A stretch of DNA of 21,612 nucleotides, from positions 1 to 21,612 of the forward strand of contig JASFEA010000041.1 of the NCBI GenBank assembly GCA_050125095.1, given 5' to 3'. Below, piece by piece: positions 15,121 to 21,612 of the stretch (the stretch's first letter is position 1; each line of letters begins with the position of its first letter). Source of the DNA: a bacterium (GTDB taxonomy: Bacteria; Arandabacterota; Arandabacteria; Arandabacterales; JALGWA01). Below the pieces are notes generated by a model. The model ran no database searches and was not told where the DNA came from. It saw only the letters and a program-made list of their open reading frames with translations. A program made the position numbers and the translations under genes.

Positions 15121-17534
15121 CGCTGCAACACGAGCTTCTCTGTTCTGGTCCTCGTTTCAGACCTCAGGACGACGAAATACGTGCCGGCAGCAACCTGCCT
15201 GCCGCCGGCGTTGTCGCCGCCCCACACGATATGGTTCGACCCTTCGGCCATGCGGCCGTCGAAGAGACTTCTGACGAGCTCGCCTCGCACGGAGTACACT
15301 GCCAGGCTCGCGCGCTCACCCTTCGGGCTTGCGAATTCAATCTCAACCGCGCCCTTCGTGGGGTTCGGGCACAGCGCCAGCCTGAATTCCTGCACGCGCT
15401 CTATGCCGGCTCCCGACTCAATCTTGATAAGGCCGCTGTACATGGCGATGGGCTCGCTTCCCGGCGCGCCGCACATAAGTCTAAGTAGCCCCGCCTCGGT
15501 GGGCGAATCCGGAACGGACCAGTCATAATACTTCTCCGCCAGGTCCGAAGCGATTAGGACCCAGGTCTCGCCGCCATCTGCCGAGAACGCGAGTCTGTAG
15601 GACGGGGTCCCGGGGCAATCGAACCGGTCCCAGGTTATCCTGGCTGTCGTCCCCGAGAGGAGCACGTCTTCGTCTCCCACCCGGACAACCGGCTCCGCAA
15701 GGCTGATATCCCCGACCGAGTGGAGTTCGAAACCACCGACAAAACATGAAGTGAAGGCCATGCTGGTGCATCCCGACCCGGCCAGCGCCAGCTGGGCGGC
15801 CAGGCCAGGGAACATGGCCCTTATCTCCGGGTCGCCGTCCGTGTCGAAGTCGAATACCAGCGTCGACTCCGGCACAGCCCGGACTTCATTATCCAGATAG
15901 ATGTGGTCGACATCGACCTCGACCGCGTTCAGAGTATCCGGCACCTCGATGAAGACCTCAAGCCAGTCGAATCTCACGCCCACATGGATGTTCTCCGGCA
16001 CTACAGTCGCCGCCGAGAAGAACGCTTTCTCATCCGAGACATTCAAACTGAACCCCAGCGTGTGCGCGCGGCTTATGATACGCCCGGCCACATTCCTGCC
16101 CGGGTCCAGCGGGTCATATGTGTGAGGAATGAGCGAGTCGATCCTGACCGCGTCTTCCATCCCGCTGAGCGTCTCCGCGGCACCGCCCGTCAGGCCCATG
16201 TAATAGGCTTCCTCTGATTCATCGAGAATGGCCAGGAGGTCGTAATACGTATCGCCCGGAATCGAGTCGAAGGCGGACTCGATATGGCCGCGGAGGTCCG
16301 CGACCTTGTATTCGACTACCTCCTGGGGCGTCCGGTTGTCCTCTCCGATAGCGAATATGGAGAACTCGTCGTCCTCCGACTTGGACCGCCTCAAGATCTT
16401 GAGTACGGGTATCTCCTCCACGTGCGCCGTGGTTATGTCTCTCCATACGCCGCATGTATCCGAGGGCCGCGTGAACACCCTGGCCAGGTCCTGGTCCAGA
16501 CCAGGCGGCAGGACCGAGTCGAGGATCGCAACCTCGGTAATGTATTCGAACGTGGCGTCGGTGACGATGTCGTAGTATTCCGCGAAGAGCGTGACGCCCG
16601 CCGGCGGCGCGCAGTCATCGGTGGTCCCCACCTCGACCTGGACATCTCCGGAGTCTGTCACCGTATCGAAAGTGAGCACGAGCTCTTCAGGGATGAGCAC
16701 GACTTCCACAAGATCACCCTCCGGCACGGGCTCGGTATAGGTCAATTCTTCAACCATCTCGTAGATATGTATGCTGTCCGTATTCCCCGCGAGGTACAGG
16801 TGCTCGCCGATGAAGGTCGCGGCCTCGGGATCGATGCCGCCGTTGAGGCCGCCGCATACCCAGTCCTCGACGTAATGTATCTCGACCGTCTCACCCTCGT
16901 TGGTCATCTCCACGATGAAGCAGTTCTCGCTGTCGAGCACGAAGAGGTGCTGGTCATACGAGGCCATGCCTACGGGGAAATCGACGTCGTCCATGGGGGC
17001 ATCGGCCATGAACATGCCTATGCTCTCGAACTGGACGATACAGTTGTCGTCCTGGTCCGCGCCGAAGAGGAAGGAGTACTGGCCGGGGGCCATGCCGCTC
17101 GGCACCAGCAGCGAGTCGCCGAGGGCGTAAGACGTAAACACCCATGCCGAATCCGCCGCCTGCCAGGAGAGGCCGACTATGGCGCCGCATTCGGTTCCGA
17201 CATAATAAGCCCCGTCATACGGACAGAAGGACATCGAGATGGGCATCGTCGGTAGCGGGCATTCCGGTACGGTGTTGTCCCAGTAGTCATCGTTCACTAT
17301 AGTGCCGTCGTCCGGGTCGATCCTTATGACCCTGGCCCCGCCGTCCAGGTAGCAACCCCTGGTAAGGCAGAGATAAGTCCCGTCGCTCGCCAGGGCCTTG
17401 ATTACAGGAGTGCCGGCCTCACATGCCATGATGGGCGCCGGGATCTTGCGTATGAGCTGGAAGTCTGCCCCCGCCTGTGCGGCAAAACATAAAAACAGAG
17501 CCAAAATGGAAAAATACACGAACAGTGATCTCAT
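15117..17534 (-). CDS. Large acidic secreted/surface protein: beta-propeller-like N-terminus, several beta-rich modules, C-terminal FlgD-Ig/T9SS-like domain
   Basis: Signal peptide MRSLFVYFSILALFLCFAAQAGA, propeller-like blades (ALASDG, PSGMA, PVGMASYD, PEAATF), DFDTDG motif, FSADGGETW, CTD PNP...VYSVRGELV...WGGD...VAAGTYF...KLVLQR. RBS GAGGGGG. Confidence 0.85.
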   Translation of the reverse strand: MRSLFVYFSILALFLCFAAQAGADFQLIRKIPAPIMACEAGTPVIKALASDGTYLCLTRGCYLDGGARVIRIDPDDGTIVNDDYWDNTVPECPLPTMPISMSFCPYDGAYYVGTECGAIVGLSWQAADSAWVFTSYALGDSLLVPSGMAPGQYSFLFGADQDDNCIVQFESIGMFMADAPMDDVDFPVGMASYDQHLFVLDSENCFIVEMTNEGETVEIHYVEDWVCGGLNGGIDPEAATFIGEHLYLAGNTDSIHIYEMVEELTYTEPVPEGDLVEVVLIPEELVLTFDTVTDSGDVQVEVGTTDDCAPPAGVTLFAEYYDIVTDATFEYITEVAILDSVLPPGLDQDLARVFTRPSDTCGVWRDITTAHVEEIPVLKILRRSKSEDDEFSIFAIGEDNRTPQEVVEYKVADLRGHIESAFDSIPGDTYYDLLAILDESEEAYYMGLTGGAAETLSGMEDAVRIDSLIPHTYDPLDPGRNVAGRIISRAHTLGFSLNVSDEKAFFSAATVVPENIHVGVRFDWLEVFIEVPDTLNAVEVDVDHIYLDNEVRAVPESTLVFDFDTDGDPEIRAMFPGLAAQLALAGSGCTSMAFTSCFVGGFELHSVGDISLAEPVVRVGDEDVLLSGTTARITWDRFDCPGTPSYRLAFSADGGETWVLIASDLAEKYYDWSVPDSPTEAGLLRLMCGAPGSEPIAMYSGLIKIESGAGIERVQEFRLALCPNPTKGAVEIEFASPKGERASLAVYSVRGELVRSLFDGRMAEGSNHIVWGGDNAGGRQVAAGTYFVVLRSETRTRTEKLVLQR

Positions 17535-17628
17535 GACCTGCCCCCTCTGACTTGCCCGGTCCGCAGCTTAAACACACGTCCCAATAGGTGAGAAATGAAA
17601 TAGAGCTGCATACTCTATTACGAGTGGG

Positions 17629-17658
17629 ATTGTATCATGCCAATCCCTTTATTTTCAA
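17629..17658 (-). promoter_or_regulatory. Putative extended -10 sigma70 promoter for the surface protein gene
   Basis: Minus strand TTGAAA-18 nt-TACAAT with TG at the extended -10 position. Confidence 0.55.
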
Positions 17659-17708
17659 GGCAAAACTGGCATCGGCGCCCACCTCCGACACATCTTCCCA
17701 CAACGATA

Positions 17709-17738
17709 TTGCGGTACCGGTGGGGCATTTGATACGAT
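17709..17738 (+). promoter_or_regulatory. Putative extended -10 sigma70 promoter for the TPR-SagB gene
   Basis: TTGCGG-18 nt-TACGAT with TG at the extended -10 position. Confidence 0.4.
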
Positions 17739-17788
17739 AACGAACAGACGTCACAATGGCGGAGCAGGAGATCTCAAGGAGAGAGACC

Positions 17789-18850
17789 ATGAACGTAAGA
17801 ACCTTCATGCTTGCCTTTGCCTTACTGTGTCTCGCGATTCCGGGTTGGGCCGACGATTTCGACAACCTCATAGGTGACGCGGAGGAGAAGTACCACGCCG
17901 GTGAGTACGCGGAAGCCGTCGAGCTCTATACCAGAGCCTTCGAGACGGGAGATCCCAATTACCTTCAATATTACGACGCGGCGTGCGCTGCGGCGCTGGC
18001 AGGGAATGCCGACGCCGCGTTTGAGAACCTCCACAGGTCTGTCGACGCCGGTCTCGTGGATGCGGACTGGCTGTCGAGTGACACCGACCTGGAGAGCCTC
18101 AAGCCCGACCCCCGTTGGGATGGCGTGCTTGCGGCCGTCGAGGAGAATGTGGAGTCGGTAGCGGCGGCCCTTCCCGAGTCTCACGCGGAGAGGGGGCTTA
18201 TCGAGCTCGCCCCTCCAGCCGAGAGCAGCGAAACATCCGTGGAGGAGGCTCTCTGGAGCCGGCGCTCCATCCGCAACTACGAAGACGCCCCCCTCACCTT
18301 CGCCGAGGTGTCGCAGCTACTCTGGGCTGCATACGGGCTGACATATCCCATAGAGGGGGCGCCGCCATTCCTGCGCGGCGGCCTCCGGACGGCGCCGTCC
18401 GCGGGAGCCAGGTACCCGCTGGAAGTCTACCTAGTGGCGCGGAACGTATCCGGACTCTCTCCGGGTATTTACTGGTACAAGTCCGAGACCCACCAGCTCG
18501 TCACCGTCCAGGATGAAGACAGGTGGGAAGAGCTCAAGGCGGCGGCTTTCTACCAGTCGCATTTCGAGACGGCTGCCGCGGCGATCGTCTACTCGGCAGT
18601 GTTCGAGCGGAATACGGAGATCTATGCGGAGCGCGGCAGGGAGCGCTATGTGTGCATGGACCTCGGACACTCGGCCGAGAACGTATACCTACAGGCTCAG
18701 GTTCTCCAGGTCGGCACATGCGCGGTCGGGGCGTTTGGAGATCTCGCGCTCAAGCTGGCGGTAGGCATGACCAGGGCCGAGGAGCCGCTCTATATAATGC
18801 CGCTCGGGAAGGTGGAGCCGGGAACGGGCCCGGTGGACCCGACCGAGTAG
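17789..18850 (+). CDS. SagB/ThcOx-family FMN-dependent dehydrogenase (nitroreductase fold) fused to an N-terminal signal peptide and TPR domain
   Basis: ATG 17789 with AAGGAG RBS and signal MNVRTFMLAFALLCLAIPGWA. TPR (YHAGEYAEAVELY, YYDAACAAALAG..DAAF..L, DTDLESLKPDPRW). SagB motifs RRSIRNY, SQLLWAAYG, RTAPSAGARYPLEVY, DLGHSAENVYLQA. Confidence 0.9.
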   Translation: MNVRTFMLAFALLCLAIPGWADDFDNLIGDAEEKYHAGEYAEAVELYTRAFETGDPNYLQYYDAACAAALAGNADAAFENLHRSVDAGLVDADWLSSDTDLESLKPDPRWDGVLAAVEENVESVAAALPESHAERGLIELAPPAESSETSVEEALWSRRSIRNYEDAPLTFAEVSQLLWAAYGLTYPIEGAPPFLRGGLRTAPSAGARYPLEVYLVARNVSGLSPGIYWYKSETHQLVTVQDEDRWEELKAAAFYQSHFETAAAAIVYSAVFERNTEIYAERGRERYVCMDLGHSAENVYLQAQVLQVGTCAVGAFGDLALKLAVGMTRAEEPLYIMPLGKVEPGTGPVDPTE

Positions 18851-18875
18851 GCGCCTGAGACCTCCGGGGGCCGGG

Positions 18876-20705
18876 CTAACCCGCGCCGCCCCCGCCGCTG
18901 CTCGCGCCGCCCCCGCCCCCTGCCGAGGCGCCGCCGCCGGTTCCCGATGCCGTACTCATCGTGCTTGTGGTGGCGGTCACCATAGATGAGAAGGCCTCCC
19001 CGAATGCCTCGGACGAGAAGCCGCCTGTCCCCCTGCCGTGGTAAACATACCACGGAACGTACCTCGCGTGTTCGGCCTGGGGTATAATCGCCGCGATCTC
19101 TTTGTAGAATCCGGTGGACAGACCCAGCACCACGCCGTAGACGAGGTAATCCGATACCCTGGAGAGCAGATCCTGCCGGCTCTCCGACCGGAACTCATGG
19201 GTCTTCAGATATTTCCTGAGGGCCATCCAGTGCCTTGCCTCGGTCTCACCCCTGGCTGTGCGATGGTATATGAGGAAGGAGAGTATCACCACCACCAGTC
19301 CGGCGACCCCCATAATGAATGCCCATGGCCCGAAGAGAAAGCCCGCGCCCAGGGCCAGCAACATCAATGCGACACCTATCGCCCCGGAGTAGTATGAGCC
19401 GCGTATGCTCTCCCTGTCGAACCACTCCTCCTTCTCTCCCGCCTCCGCAACCCTCTTTTTCCATTTCCGGAAGAACTTTATGAAATCCCTGCGCTTGTCC
19501 TTTATGGTGTCCAGCGCGATCGAATCCCGCCCCCCGGCCAGCTCATCGAAAATAAACGCGAGCAGCGAGTTCTCGTACTCCTCGAGCTCCGACGCATGCT
19601 GTTCCCAGTGGCCGCGCTTCAAGTCCCACCGGTACTCCGACTTCTCCTTCATGCCTCCCCAGAAGCTCTTCTTCATGACTTTCTCTTCCCGGAGGTCCAC
19701 AAACCCCCGCCGCGCCATGTCCAGCATGGTTGCCACGAGGGCCGCCCCCGAGACCTGCTTGTGGTGGAGGAGATATCCGACAAGGGCCGGGGGCGTCTTG
19801 CCCGGAACCTCGGAGGTCATCTCAAGGAACTGCGGCAGCGGAGGCTTCTCTCCGTATCTCCGGTAGAGCCGCCACCAGCCGAACAGACCTGCAAGGCTGA
19901 CCGCGATCATGATATAAACGCCCGTCTTCCGGCGCTCCTTCCGGGCTGCGGCTCTCTCGCGGGCCGCTTCGCGCTCCCGGTTGGCCTCTTCAGCCCAGGC
20001 GGCCTCCCGGGCCATGATCTCCTGCCTGACGCTGCCGCTCGACATGCGCGCCTCCGGGAACACCTCGGGCGGATACAGGGCGCGGATTTCAAGATACCTG
20101 CGTGCGGGCAGCCGCGGGCAATACGCCAGGATCTCCCCCTCATGGGTGATTCGGGACTCGGCCGAGAGGGGCCCATGAAGCCACTCGTTGATTTCGCTCT
20201 CGGGAATCGGTTCCGGGGGAACGAGCCGGATGCTGATGTTATACTGGGGGTCGTTCCAGTCCTCACTCAGGAACTTGTAGTAGAGCACCGCCGCGTCATC
20301 GAATCTCTCCACCGCATTGCGCGCCCGATATCGGAATCCGAAGATCCTCGATTCATTCCTGGCCCTGTAATACCAGGTCACCCTGGTTCTGCCGCCTGAC
20401 CTCTCTATAGAATAAGTGCCGGGGGACTCGGAATCCGAGAGGCTGTACGCGCGCCCTCCTTCATATACCTCGAACTCACTGAACGTGACCTCCTGGCCCC
20501 CTGGCATGTCGCGGAAAGCAAACGAGAAAGACCCGTCGAAGCTGTAAGTCCTGTCCTCGCTGACGATCATGCTGCCGTCTGGCTGAAGCCGCGCGTCTAT
20601 TTCGACCTCAGTGATTCTGTAAGACTTGGCTGAGACCGGCGAGCATATGGCGAGCATCAGCGCAATCCCGCCGGCAACGATTGATGTCAGAATCTCTCTT
20701 GTCAT
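18876..20705 (-). CDS. DUF2207 family membrane protein
   Basis: KSYRITEVEIDARLQPDGSMIVSE, WLHGP, PPALVGYL, ATMLDMARRG, YLVYGVVLG and Gly/Ser-rich C-terminus. Start reassigned to ATG 20705 (GGAGG RBS, signal peptide). Confidence 0.9.
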   Translation of the reverse strand: MTREILTSIVAGGIALMLAICSPVSAKSYRITEVEIDARLQPDGSMIVSEDRTYSFDGSFSFAFRDMPGGQEVTFSEFEVYEGGRAYSLSDSESPGTYSIERSGGRTRVTWYYRARNESRIFGFRYRARNAVERFDDAAVLYYKFLSEDWNDPQYNISIRLVPPEPIPESEINEWLHGPLSAESRITHEGEILAYCPRLPARRYLEIRALYPPEVFPEARMSSGSVRQEIMAREAAWAEEANREREAARERAAARKERRKTGVYIMIAVSLAGLFGWWRLYRRYGEKPPLPQFLEMTSEVPGKTPPALVGYLLHHKQVSGAALVATMLDMARRGFVDLREEKVMKKSFWGGMKEKSEYRWDLKRGHWEQHASELEEYENSLLAFIFDELAGGRDSIALDTIKDKRRDFIKFFRKWKKRVAEAGEKEEWFDRESIRGSYYSGAIGVALMLLALGAGFLFGPWAFIMGVAGLVVVILSFLIYHRTARGETEARHWMALRKYLKTHEFRSESRQDLLSRVSDYLVYGVVLGLSTGFYKEIAAIIPQAEHARYVPWYVYHGRGTGGFSSEAFGEAFSSMVTATTSTMSTASGTGGGASAGGGGGASSGGGGAG

Positions 20706-20850
20706 GTCCACGCCTCCGGCCGCGGCAGGGTCTGGCTGCACCACGGCATAACTGATATAGGGTCTTGTTGCTGTATGGCGCCTTCCTGGGGCTGCTCAGG
20801 CGCCTGGCCGAATGAGAATCAGGCCAGCCTTCTCTAACCTTACGACGCGC

Positions 20851-20878
20851 AGTATAGCAAAATTCAAGAGCCGGACAA
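20851..20878 (-). promoter_or_regulatory. Putative extended -10 sigma70 promoter for the DUF2207 gene
   Basis: Minus strand TTGTCC-16 nt-TATACT with TG at the extended -10 position. The -35 box lies in the last codons of the kinase gene. Confidence 0.5.
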
Positions 20879-21612
20879 GAATCGTTTCACCCGGCGGGCA
20901 TAACGCTCCATGCGTCCCCCGAGCCTCGCCCGGTGTTCGGGGTGAACATGCGCCATGGCTGCGGCCCATAGGCTCCAGTAGACGTGAAATGCCGAGAGGA
21001 AGAGCTCAAGCCTGTCGGACTGCTCATCCGGCAGGTCCCGCACTTCCATATAACCCTCAAGCAGGGCTTCCCGGAACGAAGGGTACTCGGGATCGTCAAA
21101 GCAGTGCTCCAGCGCGACGGCGAGATCATAAACATGATAGCCGAACCTGGCATCGTCGAAATCGATTGCCCGTGCCTCGCCACGGTGGAACAGAACATTG
21201 GCGTCGACGCCGAGGTCGCCGTGAATAAGCCCGTAGACCTCGGGATGCTCGCCCCACTCGTCCATTACCCGGCGCGTCTCCGCGGCCACCGCGCGGAATG
21301 GCTCGACTGAAGCCGGCGGCAGCATATTCCAGGCCTCGCTGGCCGGAACCCCGACGCCATCGTCGTCTTTAAACAGCCCATCCCAATCATAGCGCCGTTT
21401 CGTGAAGCCGGGCGGCGGGGTAAACCCCGCCGAGAATGCGTGAAGCCCCGCCATCAGCCGCCCCTGGGCTCTGAGGTGCCGCGGCCGGACGCCCTCACTG
21501 AGGTGTCTACCCCTGAGCCAGCGCAGCAGAGAGCACTTCCTTCTCCCCGGACCGCCCGCCGCGTCCGCGGTCGCGAGCAAACCGCCGTCACGGGTTCGCA
21601 CCGGCTCCTGTA
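20864..21612 (-). CDS. APH/choline kinase-like phosphotransferase (type II homoserine kinase/SrkA-like), 5' end outside the window
   Basis: Frame open to the window edge (QEPVRTRDG...). LLRWLRG, MAGLH, GLIHGDLGVDANVLF, IDFDDARFGYHVYDLA, LLEGY. Confidence 0.88.
   Translation of the reverse strand, partial: QEPVRTRDGGLLATADAAGGPGRRKCSLLRWLRGRHLSEGVRPRHLRAQGRLMAGLHAFSAGFTPPPGFTKRRYDWDGLFKDDDGVGVPASEAWNMLPPASVEPFRAVAAETRRVMDEWGEHPEVYGLIHGDLGVDANVLFHRGEARAIDFDDARFGYHVYDLAVALEHCFDDPEYPSFREALLEGYMEVRDLPDEQSDRLELFLSAFHVYWSLWAAAMAHVHPEHRARLGGRMERYARRVKRFLSGS

Noticed and set aside
16390..16403. Perfect 14-bp palindrome CTCAAGATCTTGAG
   Set aside because: It lies inside a CDS, and about one such palindrome is expected by chance in a window of this size.
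17789..18850. Thiazole/oxazole RiPP (TOMM) biosynthetic cluster around SagB
   Set aside because: There is no YcaO cyclodehydratase, precursor peptide or ABC exporter in the window.
18876..18945. CCGCC-rich low-complexity repeat
   Set aside because: It encodes the normal Gly-rich tail of DUF2207 proteins.
38..21310. Many long alternative ORFs (e.g. 887-1666 +, 2718-3569 +, 5780-6967 +, 9559-10644 -, 13879-15018 -, 16284-17255 +, 19596-20399 +)
   Set aside because: They are antisense or frame-shifted shadows of well-supported genes, expected in high-GC DNA, and have no recognisable motifs.
1..21612. CRISPR arrays, tRNA/rRNA, transposases, integrases, defence systems
   Set aside because: I saw no spaced direct repeats, tRNA arm signatures or recombinase/nuclease motifs, and the intergenic regions are short.

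Overview
GC-rich bacterial DNA, almost fully protein-coding, from a diderm organism. It has an Omp85 barrel and two secreted proteins with FlgD-Ig/T9SS-like C-terminal domains, a profile suggesting an FCB-related lineage such as Eisenbacteria/Krumholzibacteriota/Latescibacterota (inference only). I call 18 CDS, two of them truncated by the window edges. A minus-strand run encodes an Omp85 barrel, DUF3795, a HAD hydrolase, two methyltransferases, a GNAT and an arylsulfotransferase-like lipoprotein that the ORF track misses. Next come an Fe-S flavoprotein, a TauE exporter, an EamA transporter and a degenerate sulfatase-like protein. These are followed by a gingipain-family C25 protease, a membrane AlkP-superfamily enzyme and an FHA-GAF-PP2C phosphatase, then a large mosaic surface protein, a signal peptide-TPR-SagB fusion, DUF2207 and an APH-like kinase. 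I saw no mobile element, CRISPR array, tRNA or rRNA. The most notable points are a perfect sigma28 (FliA) promoter in front of an apparently catalytically degenerate sulfatase, a probable CTG start codon for the phosphatase, the exported TPR-SagB fusion, and the tightly coupled C25 protease/AlkP pair. All family calls come from motif recognition by eye, with no database searches.
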